From an uncultured Lachnospiraceae bacterium (GTDB taxonomy: Bacteria; Bacillota; Clostridia; Lachnospirales; Lachnospiraceae): a stretch of 64,000 bases of DNA. Under the pieces are notes generated by a model. It searched no databases, was not told the DNA's origin, and saw nothing but the letters and a program-made list of their open reading frames with translations. A program made the position numbers and the translations under genes. The stretch is taken from assembly GCA_902766735.1 (NCBI GenBank), contig CACXEU010000007.1, positions 62,509-126,508 on the forward strand. The letters run 5' to 3'. Shown here one piece after another: positions 20,010 to 29,241 of this stretch. Numbering within the stretch: position 1 is the stretch's first letter; the number at the start of each line of letters is the position of its first letter.

Positions 20010-20200
20010 TCAGAGAAAAGTGAATTAAAAAAGGTCAGGTATTTAAAACGGAAATGCGGGGCGGGTTCCTGCATTTCCTTTTGTGTGGAAACGGCATCTT
20101 CTTGAGCGTCGGAATAAGCTTTGGAAGGGCGCCCGAAGCTGGGACAAAACAGGCTCCACCAAAAAACGAAAATAATGAGAACGAATTGATATTTTTTCAT
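20006..20200 (-). CDS. Hypothetical small signal-peptide/TM protein (64 aa)
   Basis: ATG at 20200 is preceded on the minus strand by ggaaaggag plus a 7-nt spacer. N-terminus MKKYQFVLIIFVFWWSLFCPSFG. Its stop codon overlaps the ispE stop codon. No recognisable family. Confidence 0.3.
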   Translation of the reverse strand: MKKYQFVLIIFVFWWSLFCPSFGRPSKAYSDAQEDAVSTQKEMQEPAPHFRFKYLTFFNSLFSD

Positions 20201-20326
20201 AATAATACTCCTTTCCAATGGAATCTGTATAGAGTGTTGACTGATTTTCAGAGAAATATTCAAGGGTATTGAATTATTTTCCTAAAATGTTAAAATATTG
20301 GTACTAAGTAGCAAAGGTGTAAGAAT

Positions 20327-21139
20327 ATGGATTATAGTAACGCACCCATCGGAGTGTTTGACTCCGGTGTAGGTGGATTGACAGTAGCAAGAGAAATTAT
20401 CAGACAACTTCCGAATGAAAGTGTGGTTTATTTTGGCGATACCGCCAGAGTTCCTTACGGAAGTAAATCGAAAGAAACCATTATCAGATATTCCAGACAG
20501 ATTGTGCGTTTCTTGCGCACGAAACAGGTAAAGGCTATTGTAATTGCCTGTAATACGGCTAGTGCATTTGCACTGGATACAGTGGAAAAGGAATTGGATA
20601 TTCCGGTAATCGGTGTGGTGAAGCCTGGGGCTAAAGCCGCTATTGAAACCACAAAGAACAAACGAATTGGAATTATCGGTACTGAGGGTACCATAAAAAG
20701 TGAATTATATACGAAATATATATGTGGCATCGATCCGGAAATTGAGGTTATTGGGAAGGCGTGCCCGTTGTTTTGTCCATTGGTGGAAGAAGGAATGTTG
20801 AATGATCCGGTAACGGATGAGATTGCTTCCAGATATTTAAAGGATTTAAAAGAGGAAAATATTGACAGCCTGATTTTGGGTTGTACCCATTATCCGCTTT
20901 TGAGAAATACGGTTGGAAAAATCATGGGCGAAAAGGTTAATTTAGTAAATCCTGCTTACGAAACGGCCATTAGTCTTGGAAAGTTACTAGAAGAAAAACA
21001 TATATGTGCATCAGAAGATAATCAGAGTAAATACAGTTTTTATGTAAGTGATGCAGAAGAGAAGTTTAAGAAATTTGCAAATTCTATTATGCCGTTTCAG
21101 ACAGATTTGATTGAACAGATTAACATTGAAGAGTATTAA
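20327..21139 (+). CDS. murI: Glutamate racemase
   Basis: DSGVGGLTV, catalytic Cys motifs ACNTAS and GCTHYP. Confidence 0.9.
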   Translation: MDYSNAPIGVFDSGVGGLTVAREIIRQLPNESVVYFGDTARVPYGSKSKETIIRYSRQIVRFLRTKQVKAIVIACNTASAFALDTVEKELDIPVIGVVKPGAKAAIETTKNKRIGIIGTEGTIKSELYTKYICGIDPEIEVIGKACPLFCPLVEEGMLNDPVTDEIASRYLKDLKEENIDSLILGCTHYPLLRNTVGKIMGEKVNLVNPAYETAISLGKLLEEKHICASEDNQSKYSFYVSDAEEKFKKFANSIMPFQTDLIEQINIEEY

Positions 21140-21160
21140 AAAGAAAGTATGGGGTAATAT

Positions 21161-21580
21161 ATGAATAAAGATGTTTTGGTAAAAATATCCGGACTCCAGG
21201 GTGCCACAGATAGTGGCGAATGTGTAGAACTGATGGCTCGTGGAAAATATTATCGGAAGAATGAAAAACATTATCTTCTATATGATGATATTGAAGAAGA
21301 AAGCGGGATGACAACGAAAAACACCATTAAATTCAATGAGGAAAAAGTTGAAGTGTTAAGAAATGGGATGGTTAACGGAAAATTGGTGTTTGATGAAGGA
21401 AAAAATAGTCAGTCGCTGTATGGAACACCTTATGGGGATATTTTGTTAGAAGTATTGACAAAAAAAATCTCCGTGGAAGAATTGACGGATCATATCAATC
21501 TATTGATTGAATATGAATTATATGCAGATAATACGAAAGTGACAGATAGTCGCATTGTTGTGAATATTAATGAACAATAA
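21161..21580 (+). CDS. DUF1934 (YwiB-like) beta-barrel protein
   Basis: 139 aa. The size and pattern (VKISGLQ...GKYYRKNEKHYLLYDD...VLRNGMVNGKLVFDEGK...YGTPYG) resemble the DUF1934 family. Confidence 0.55.
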   Translation: MNKDVLVKISGLQGATDSGECVELMARGKYYRKNEKHYLLYDDIEEESGMTTKNTIKFNEEKVEVLRNGMVNGKLVFDEGKNSQSLYGTPYGDILLEVLTKKISVEELTDHINLLIEYELYADNTKVTDSRIVVNINEQ

Positions 21581-21620
21581 AAAATGCTGATTGAAAAAAT
21601 CTTCAATCAGCATTTTTTTA
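21581..21620. terminator. Bidirectional rho-independent terminator between convergent genes
   Basis: 12-bp stem atgctgattgaa (21584-21595) / ttcaatcagcat (21602-21613), flanked by an A-run upstream and a T-run downstream. Confidence 0.75.
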
Positions 21621-22073
21621 TTTTCTACCAAATAACTTTTTCTTTTTTGGTGGTTCGGAAACAGGACCGCGGATTCTTTTAAAGGATGTAATGTATAGAC
21701 CACTGACCGTTGCCTTGATTTCCTGTTTTGGTAAGATTGCATCGTAAACTTTTGCATCGGCGATGAGGTTCATCACACGTGGGCCGGCTTTTACCTTGAC
21801 GATAGGGATTTTAGCGGCTTTTGCAAGCTTTGGAGCCTGCTCCATTACAATGCTAGGAAGACCAGCATCTTTCAGACGCATCTTCTTTTTATCAATAACG
21901 AACAAACTAATGGTTTGTGCATTTGCTTCTAATGCTTTCTGCTGTTCGTCCTGTTTTTTCTCAGCTTTTCTTCCAAGAAAATATAATACAGCCATCACTG
22001 CAATCATAACGACAAGAACGATTGCAATAACCCAAACATAAGTTGCCACTGCAAGAAAAGGTGTATAAATCAT
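21618..22073 (-). CDS. Hypothetical N-terminally membrane-anchored protein
   Basis: 151 aa. One N-terminal TM (VWVIAIVLVVMIAVMAVLYFL), a basic C-terminal tail, and no recognised family. Confidence 0.55.
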   Translation of the reverse strand: MIYTPFLAVATYVWVIAIVLVVMIAVMAVLYFLGRKAEKKQDEQQKALEANAQTISLFVIDKKKMRLKDAGLPSIVMEQAPKLAKAAKIPIVKVKAGPRVMNLIADAKVYDAILPKQEIKATVSGLYITSFKRIRGPVSEPPKKKKLFGRK

Positions 22074-22140
22074 CTTGTACCTCCATAATTATTAAAATTC
22101 TTGTGATATTTTATCATTGAAATAGTAAAAAAACAATGTT

Positions 22141-22887
22141 TTATTCTTCAGATGTGTTTTCGGAATGTGATTCCTGACCGGAGAGTCTGGCGACTTCTTC
22201 ACGAATCATGGATGGAAGTGCTTTCATTTCCGGACGACTCATTTCCGCAGTGGAAACAGGCTTGCCGAAATTAATGGTAACCTTTGCAGGCTTCATCCAT
22301 GGAGTGTGCTTTTCAAATACATCAGGGGTTCCAATGATTCCCATAGGAACTACCGGACATTTTGCTTTTGTGGCAATTTTAAAGGAACCTTCCTTGAATT
22401 CGCCAAGAGTACCATCTTTGGAACGGGTGCCTTCCGGGAAGATTACAATAGATATTCCGTCCTGGATATATTCTGCAGCTTTTAAAATTGTCTGTAATCC
22501 TGCACGTGGGTTTTCCCTGTCTAAGAATAGGCAACGTACAAAATGCATAACCCAAGGAAGAATCGGTATTTTTTTAATTTCTTTTTTGGCTACAAAACCG
22601 GTAGGCCGTTTCATGATGGGATAAGTAGTGATGATGTCAAAATAACTAGTGTGATTACCTATAAATAATACGGCTTCATCTTCCGGAATATTTTCCAATC
22701 CATTTACTGTGACTTTTACTCCGACGATAAAACGATATACGGTATAAAGCCCAAATTGAACAAAACGGAGCATCATAAGATCCCTGGCTTTTATGGAGAA
22801 GAGTCCCACAATCAGAGCGATTAACATAACCGGCAGGGAAAAAATCAAAAATAGAAATAAATATGTTACTGCTATAATAGAACGCAT
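22141..22887 (-). CDS. plsC: 1-acyl-sn-glycerol-3-phosphate acyltransferase
   Basis: HX4D motif (NHTSYFD) and FPEGTRS motif, with an N-terminal TM segment. Confidence 0.85.
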   Translation of the reverse strand: MRSIIAVTYLFLFLIFSLPVMLIALIVGLFSIKARDLMMLRFVQFGLYTVYRFIVGVKVTVNGLENIPEDEAVLFIGNHTSYFDIITTYPIMKRPTGFVAKKEIKKIPILPWVMHFVRCLFLDRENPRAGLQTILKAAEYIQDGISIVIFPEGTRSKDGTLGEFKEGSFKIATKAKCPVVPMGIIGTPDVFEKHTPWMKPAKVTINFGKPVSTAEMSRPEMKALPSMIREEVARLSGQESHSENTSEE

Positions 22888-23021
22888 AGTTTTATCCTCC
22901 TTTGCTGCTTCATTATATTAAATGGAAAACGAAAATGCAATTACATTAGGCAAATTGTACAGATATTTTTTGAAAAAATTGTTGATTATGTCTGAAAGAT
23001 AGAAAAAACCGATTTTATCCA

Positions 23022-23050
23022 TTGAATTAGAACAGTGTTCGTGCTATACT
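23022..23050 (+). promoter_or_regulatory. Putative sigma-A promoter
   Basis: -35 ttgaat (23022-23027), 17-bp spacer, -10 tatact (23045-23050). It lies 48 nt upstream of the ATG at 23098. Confidence 0.45.
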
Positions 23051-23097
23051 TCGTTTATAAACGCGATAGTGTCGCATATCAAGAGGAGGACAAAATA

Positions 23098-23871
23098 ATG
23101 AAGAAATTTAAAAGAGTCATGGCAGTGGTTGCAGCTCTTGCACTTACTGCAGGTATGACAGTAAACTGTATGGCTAAAGATACATGGGGAAGCTACTTCG
23201 GAAGAGAAGAAGGAGCTGGACATGGTATCTGGTATGAAGGAGCAGAAGGAACATTAAAATCTCAGTCAGCAGACGGCTGGACAGCTGAAATTAAAGAAAT
23301 CGGCTGGGGCGGTATCTGGGGCGGACAGGTTTACCAGAACACTAAAGACGGATTCGGATCTGTTGATGTTAAAAAAGGAACACAGTATAAGCTTAACTTA
23401 ACATTAAAATCATCTAAGTGTGATAAATGGGTATTTATTAAGATTGCAACAAAAGAAGATATCGCATATGGTAAGTGGATCAGACTTAAAAAAGGTCAGA
23501 ACCAGACATTAAGCGAAACATTTACAGCTGCTTGTGATGCTAATTCTGTTTACTTCGGTATCGGTGGTGAATTCGGTGACAGAGGTGATGAAACAGCAGC
23601 ATACTCTTACGCAGATGGCGGACAGAACGCTATTGCTAAAGAAACTGATGAAGATGCTTTATTAGCTACAGTAATTACATGTACAGGATTTTCTTTAGTT
23701 GAAAACTCAGGTTCTACAGCAGAAACTCCAACTGCATCAAACTCAGGTTCTACAACAACTACACCAACAACTGTTTCTACAGGAGATTTCGAACCATATG
23801 CATTCGGAATGGTTGCTATTTTAGCAGCTGCAGCAGTAGTTGTATTCTCTAAGAAGAGAGAACAGGCATAA
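23098..23871 (+). CDS. Secreted CBM-like protein with Thr/Ser-rich stalk and C-terminal hydrophobic anchor
   Basis: Start at MKKFKRVMAVVAALALTAG (RBS agaggagga). Beta-sandwich-like segment GWGGIWGGQVYQN...KGTQYKLNLTLKSS. T/S/P linker. C-terminus TGDFEPYAFGMVAILAAAAVVVFSKKREQA is a TM plus basic tail with no canonical LPXTG. Confidence 0.65.
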   Translation: MKKFKRVMAVVAALALTAGMTVNCMAKDTWGSYFGREEGAGHGIWYEGAEGTLKSQSADGWTAEIKEIGWGGIWGGQVYQNTKDGFGSVDVKKGTQYKLNLTLKSSKCDKWVFIKIATKEDIAYGKWIRLKKGQNQTLSETFTAACDANSVYFGIGGEFGDRGDETAAYSYADGGQNAIAKETDEDALLATVITCTGFSLVENSGSTAETPTASNSGSTTTTPTTVSTGDFEPYAFGMVAILAAAAVVVFSKKREQA

Positions 23872-23894
23872 GAATAAAAAATGCGACATGTTAA

Positions 23895-23928
23895 AATGGT
23901 CAGTTCGTAAGGACTGGCCATTTTTTTT
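23895..23928 (+). terminator. Rho-independent terminator
   Basis: Stem aatggtcagt (23895-23904) / actggccatt (23913-23922) followed by T8. Confidence 0.7.
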
Positions 23929-24135
23929 GCACAAAAAGGGTTCGCAGGGAGGATGAAAAAAGGAACACTAGATTTAGTTGGATAAAAATCTTTTTATTCT
24001 AGATGTGGTAATTGCAAAAAAACACGTGACAAAAAATTGGTAAAATAGTTTATTTTTGTCATAATTCCATAAATGGATAAATAAGTTATAGTAAAAAATT
24101 CACAAGAGAAATGAAGCTTAAAACGTTTTTTGTTG

Positions 24136-24164
24136 TTGATTTGTACATATCTCTGTGATAAAAT
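24136..24164 (+). promoter_or_regulatory. Putative extended -10 promoter for the SBP gene
   Basis: -35 ttgatt (24136-24141), 17-bp spacer ending in tga, -10 taaaat (24159-24164). The palindrome aaaacgtttt (24120-24129) lies just upstream. Confidence 0.4.
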
Positions 24165-24232
24165 GTTTTCAAGAATATCACTATGTGGATTCTAATGTAA
24201 GTGAAATTTTTTCGACAAGGAGGAGGATAAAA

Positions 24233-25915
24233 ATGAAAAAATTTAGTCGCAAGGCATTAGCTTTTTCTATGGCCGCAGTTGTTGGTACGTCTATGGTGAT
24301 GACAGGATGTGGCGGATCTAAAGGAGGCTCACAGGGAAGCGGTAAAAGCTCAAAATTAAGTGAAACAAAAACAAATTTAGGAGCTACAAATTTAAAAGAT
24401 AAAGAAATCAAAGGTGATGTATCAATCATGGTATGGTCTGGTGACGGAAAATATTATGAAGATATGGGACATCAGGAATTAAGACCAGAAGATATTACAG
24501 CTAGTAACGTTGCTCAAGTATATGCTGTTGCTCATAAGTTCAATGAAACTTATCCGAATATTAAAATTAACCTTTGGTCTAAGGAAGGTGATCCTGATCA
24601 GGTTGGAACACCTACTTGGGAACAGGAAATGGAAAACTTTAAGGCTACATATGGAAAGTATCCAGATATCTGGGCATCAACAGATGTACCAAACGATATC
24701 AAGAAGGGTCTTGTAGCTGATCTTTCCAAATATAAAGATGACGAAACATATAAGGCTTACAACTCAAACCTTATGGATAACTTAAACTATTATGGATTCC
24801 AGGCAGGTCTTCCATCTTACACAATTCCTGCTGGTATCTGGATTAATAAGTCATTAGCATCTAGTAAGAATATCTCTATTCCAGAACCGGATTGGGATAT
24901 TGATGATTATACAGAATTTGTTGCAAACACTGACCACTCAAGCTATTGGGGAAGTAAAGGTACTGCATCAAGTATCGTAGATATTGGAACTACTACAATT
25001 AACAAGCAGATTAAGGAATCCGGTACTGTTGATATTAACAGTGATGAAGTTAAGAGCTTACTTTCATACATGAACGAATGGTCACAGTCTACTGTTGATA
25101 CAGATAACGGTGCAGGAAATGTATCTCTTGAAATTATGAAAGAATGTACAGACTATGCATGGTATTTCTTCACAAAGAACAGAACATTAACAAACTTTGA
25201 AAATCCTTGGTATATCACAGCTGCAGCAGATGATTCTGCTTCACAGTCTGACGATTATGTGAATGCAAGTGATTGGGATATTTATCCATACCCATCTACA
25301 GATTACTGTGATAACACAATCAAGGTAGTAATGGACCCTATCTGTTTACATAACTATGCTTCAGATGATAACAACAAAGAATGGAGCGATGAAGAATCTA
25401 AAAAGCTTGATGCGACTTATGCATTCGCTACATACTGGACTGCTAGTACAGAAGCAAAGAAAGCAATCTTTGATCAGCAGTATACAGATGGATCAGAAAT
25501 CAAAGAAACAACAACTGGTGACTCGTTCCCAGTAGTAACAGATCAGGCATTTGATGAACAGATGGAAATCTGGAACAATGTTGAAGCTCACAAGGTTTAC
25601 GAAAGTAAAGAAGGATGGCAAAAAGTTCTTGAAATCTGGAAATCTGAAAAATATTGGGATTATGCAGATAAGTGTGCCCCACTTAGCATCACAGAAAACG
25701 GTGAAAAAACACCTTGCTTATATGAATGGATTAACAAGTGGGATGAAGAAGTTGCCGGATCTTGGATGACAGATAAGAACTGGGTTGATAATGTTAAGTC
25801 AAGACTTGCTGACTGGAACACTAAGATTAACGAACGTCTTGCAAAGGCTCAGGATCAGTTAAAGAGTGCTCTGAAAGACAACTATGGAATGACTGATGCA
25901 GACTTTGAGAAATAA
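24233..25915 (+). CDS. Large ABC-transporter solute-binding lipoprotein (CUT1-type, oligosaccharide)
   Basis: Start at MKKFSRKALAF (RBS aggagga). Lipobox MTGC. ~560-aa mature protein with an SBP family-1-like N-terminus (VSIMVWSGDG...INLWSKEGDP). Confidence 0.75.
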   Translation: MKKFSRKALAFSMAAVVGTSMVMTGCGGSKGGSQGSGKSSKLSETKTNLGATNLKDKEIKGDVSIMVWSGDGKYYEDMGHQELRPEDITASNVAQVYAVAHKFNETYPNIKINLWSKEGDPDQVGTPTWEQEMENFKATYGKYPDIWASTDVPNDIKKGLVADLSKYKDDETYKAYNSNLMDNLNYYGFQAGLPSYTIPAGIWINKSLASSKNISIPEPDWDIDDYTEFVANTDHSSYWGSKGTASSIVDIGTTTINKQIKESGTVDINSDEVKSLLSYMNEWSQSTVDTDNGAGNVSLEIMKECTDYAWYFFTKNRTLTNFENPWYITAAADDSASQSDDYVNASDWDIYPYPSTDYCDNTIKVVMDPICLHNYASDDNNKEWSDEESKKLDATYAFATYWTASTEAKKAIFDQQYTDGSEIKETTTGDSFPVVTDQAFDEQMEIWNNVEAHKVYESKEGWQKVLEIWKSEKYWDYADKCAPLSITENGEKTPCLYEWINKWDEEVAGSWMTDKNWVDNVKSRLADWNTKINERLAKAQDQLKSALKDNYGMTDADFEK

Positions 25916-25934
25916 GATTTTTTAGCACAGCTTT

Positions 25935-25963
25935 GCGGAACTGCCTAACGTAGTTCCGCTTTT
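25935..25963 (+). terminator. Rho-independent terminator after the SBP gene
   Basis: Stem gcggaact (25935-25942) / agttccgc (25952-25959) plus tttt. Confidence 0.6.
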
Positions 25964-26040
25964 GTGCCAAAATAATATATGTAACACACGAAGAAAAAAC
26001 GTGATTAATTTTAAGAAGATTACAAGGAAAGAGGACGGCA

Positions 26041-29000
26041 ATGAAGAAGAAAATCATTACTACATTAATAGCCATAGCGTGTATTATCGCTGTCGTCATT
26101 TGTCTTTTCCAGTTTGTGTTCAAGAAAGATTCTGTATATATTGAAGATGCCAGTGCATCAGATGTGCAGTGGGCATATGATTTGCTTGCAAATTCATATC
26201 TTGAAGAAGGTGAACAGCCAGAATCATATTATACAGATTATATTAAGGAACACACCAATCTGGGTGAAGGCGAATATACATGTGAGCTGGAAGATGGTAT
26301 TTCTCCACAGGAATATTTAACACAGAACAGCGAGCAGATTAAAAAAGAAACTACCAGCGAAGATATTATCGCGGCTATGAACGGATACGAGTCTCCGATT
26401 ACAGTGTTGGATTATAACAAGAGTGCCTACTATTATGTAGATGTGGAAAAGGCAGGCATGTATACACTGAGCATTGACTATATGTCTACGGGAAATTCGT
26501 TATCCGATTTTACTGTGTCTGCGAAAGTTAACAAGCAGCAGCCTTATTCAGAAATGAAGACCATTGCATTACCATTGCAGTGGACAGACGTAGATGATTA
26601 TAAGGATTATGTAGGAAGCGAAACAGAAAAAGCATTCGATACAGATAGTTATGGTGATGAAATTGCATTGCCACAGAATAAGATAGTAGATTGGTTTACA
26701 AATGTTCCGCTTTATAACAATACCTATGTTTCTGCAACACCGCTTCAGTTCTATTTAGAAGCAGGAAAAAACGAAATCATGATTACGAACGTTTCATCCA
26801 GTGGCCTTGCATTAGGTAATCTGCTTGTAAAAGCTCCGGAAACAGTTGAAAATTACAAAAAATATGAGGACTATGTAAAAGAACATCAAAATGCTGATTT
26901 GATTACAGATCCGGAAGATGCAATTCAGATTGACTCCGTTTCTTATTCGAAAAAAAATACAATTGATGCGATTTACGGTTCATCAGCAAAAACTTCACTT
27001 ACAAAATACGACATAGATAATAAGAAGATAAATACATTGGAATGGCAGGGAGCCGGAACAGATGTAACATATACATTTGAAGTAAAGAAACCGGGAAATT
27101 ATCATCTTGCTTTCCATTATTCAAATGAAAAGAAGGAATTCCAGACGTTTGAAACAATTGCTATTGATGGAGTAGTTCCGTTCGCAGAATTATTCAATTA
27201 TTCATTCGCACCGGTAACTTCAGGTTACGCTAACGAAGTTCTTTCTACTAAGGAAGGAGAACCATTTAAGTTCTTCTTAGACTCCGGCGTACATACCATC
27301 ACAATTAAACAGGAAAACGAACCGGTTATGGAAGCATACCGTTATGCGTCTATGCTTCAGAAACACGTTACTGATTTTGAATTGGAAATCACAAAGATTA
27401 CCGGTAGTAACGTAGATGAAAACAGAAACTGGAAAATGACAAACTACATCAAGGATACAGAAAATTATCTGAAAGCTTATAAGATTCTGTTACAGCATAT
27501 CCGATTCCTTCTTCAGGATTATTCTGAAAATGGAAGTAACGGAGCAATCCTTGCATACTTAGACGAAGCTGCACAGTATATCAATAACATCAGTAAATAT
27601 CCGGATGATATTGCACTACATAAAGTAGATTTGACAGGTGCTGATAACTCAGTTCTGGTTTCATTAAGTAAATTTACAACAGATGTAACTTCTAATAAGT
27701 TTACATTGGATAGAATTTATGTATATGGTGATGAGGATATCTTAGAAAGTCCAAATACCACATGGTACAGCTCTTTATGGACAGGAACCATGGCATTGGT
27801 TAACACCTATACATCAGAAAAGTATTCTGCTGAAATTCCGGATGATGGAGAAACAATCACCATTTGGGTAAACAGAGCGATTACTCACGTTGACTTACTT
27901 CAGAAGATGGCAGATACAGAATTCGTAAAATATTATAAAGAAAAGACAGGCAAAGATATCAAGGTTAAAGTTGCAACCATGCCGGATGTAAATAAGATTA
28001 CATTAGCAATTGCAGCGGATGAAGAACCGGATATTGCTCTAGGATTAATGTCATATGTACCATTCGACTTATCAAGCCGTGGTGCTTTATATGACCTTTC
28101 TCAGTTCGATGATTTCTGGAGCGTGGCAAACAGATTCCCATCAGGATCTTTTGTATCCTATGTATATAATGATGGAATGTATGCAATTCCGGAAACAACA
28201 GACTTTAATGCAGTAGTATATCGTACTGATATTTTTGATCAGTTAGGTGTAGAATGTCCTGAAAACTGGGATGAATTAATTGAAATCCTTCCAACTCTTC
28301 AGAGATATGGAAAGAACTTCTACCATAACATTGCACAGGGTGCAACCGGTTATAAGTGGTTCTACCAGACAGCACCAATGATCTTACAGAACGGTGGACA
28401 TCTGTATGAACAGGATCCTACAACAGGTCGTGTTACAACAGGAATTGATTCTAAGAATGCGGTTAAGGGATTACAGCTTTTAGGAGACTTATTCACAAAG
28501 TACTCTCTGGAAAAATCAATCAACTCATTCTTCAACTCATTCCGTTATGCAACAGCACCAATTGGTATTGTGGGAATGGAAGATTACACATTGATTAAGA
28601 ATGGCGCTCAGGAATTAAATGGTAACTGGGAATTAATGCCATACTTATATACACAGAATGAAAATGGCGAAAAGAACGCCAGCTTCGTAGCAAACGGAAC
28701 CGGTGGTGTTATTTTCAAAGATTCTGAAATGAAGGATGAAGCTTGGGAATTCCTGAAATGGTGGACAGGTAAGGATGCTCAGACAGAGTATACTCAGACA
28801 CTTCGTTCCACATACGGAAAGACCTTCTTCTGGTTATCTGCTAATAAGGCAGCATTGGAAAACAATCCAATGGATGAAAAAGACAAGAGAACAGTTATGA
28901 GTCAGATTGATTCGGTAACAGACGTTCCAAGAACACCGGGTCAGTACTTGTTGGAAAGAACAATTTCTAATATTTGGACAACCATGGTATTTGACGGTAC

Positions 29001-29241
29001 ATCTGCTCAGGTTGCAGTTGATGAAGCAAAGTCAGATGTAAACAAAGAAATTGTACGTAAGATGCAGGAGTTTGGATTCTATGATGCAAACGGAGATATG
29101 GCAAAGGGTCAGAACTTTGTACTTCATGCAGATGCGAAAGCATGGATTGAAGAACAGATGGCTAAGGCAACTCCGGAAGAAGATCAGATGCCTGTAAACA
29201 ACTATAAAGAAACGGAGGTGGAAGACGATGGCAGCGAGTAA
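26041..29241 (+). CDS. TM-anchored 1066-aa protein: two beta-sandwich (CBM-like) modules fused to a C-terminal family-1 solute-binding domain
   Basis: N-terminal single TM (ITTLIAIACIIAVVICLF) with no lipobox. Two related segments (GMYTLSIDYMSTGNSLSDFTVSAKVN and GNYHLAFHYSNEKKEFQTFETIAIDG). The C-terminal ~500 aa is SBP-like (ITIWVNRAITHVDLLQKMADTEF...DIALGL). Confidence 0.7.
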   Translation: MKKKIITTLIAIACIIAVVICLFQFVFKKDSVYIEDASASDVQWAYDLLANSYLEEGEQPESYYTDYIKEHTNLGEGEYTCELEDGISPQEYLTQNSEQIKKETTSEDIIAAMNGYESPITVLDYNKSAYYYVDVEKAGMYTLSIDYMSTGNSLSDFTVSAKVNKQQPYSEMKTIALPLQWTDVDDYKDYVGSETEKAFDTDSYGDEIALPQNKIVDWFTNVPLYNNTYVSATPLQFYLEAGKNEIMITNVSSSGLALGNLLVKAPETVENYKKYEDYVKEHQNADLITDPEDAIQIDSVSYSKKNTIDAIYGSSAKTSLTKYDIDNKKINTLEWQGAGTDVTYTFEVKKPGNYHLAFHYSNEKKEFQTFETIAIDGVVPFAELFNYSFAPVTSGYANEVLSTKEGEPFKFFLDSGVHTITIKQENEPVMEAYRYASMLQKHVTDFELEITKITGSNVDENRNWKMTNYIKDTENYLKAYKILLQHIRFLLQDYSENGSNGAILAYLDEAAQYINNISKYPDDIALHKVDLTGADNSVLVSLSKFTTDVTSNKFTLDRIYVYGDEDILESPNTTWYSSLWTGTMALVNTYTSEKYSAEIPDDGETITIWVNRAITHVDLLQKMADTEFVKYYKEKTGKDIKVKVATMPDVNKITLAIAADEEPDIALGLMSYVPFDLSSRGALYDLSQFDDFWSVANRFPSGSFVSYVYNDGMYAIPETTDFNAVVYRTDIFDQLGVECPENWDELIEILPTLQRYGKNFYHNIAQGATGYKWFYQTAPMILQNGGHLYEQDPTTGRVTTGIDSKNAVKGLQLLGDLFTKYSLEKSINSFFNSFRYATAPIGIVGMEDYTLIKNGAQELNGNWELMPYLYTQNENGEKNASFVANGTGGVIFKDSEMKDEAWEFLKWWTGKDAQTEYTQTLRSTYGKTFFWLSANKAALENNPMDEKDKRTVMSQIDSVTDVPRTPGQYLLERTISNIWTTMVFDGTSAQVAVDEAKSDVNKEIVRKMQEFGFYDANGDMAKGQNFVLHADAKAWIEEQMAKATPEEDQMPVNNYKETEVEDDGSE

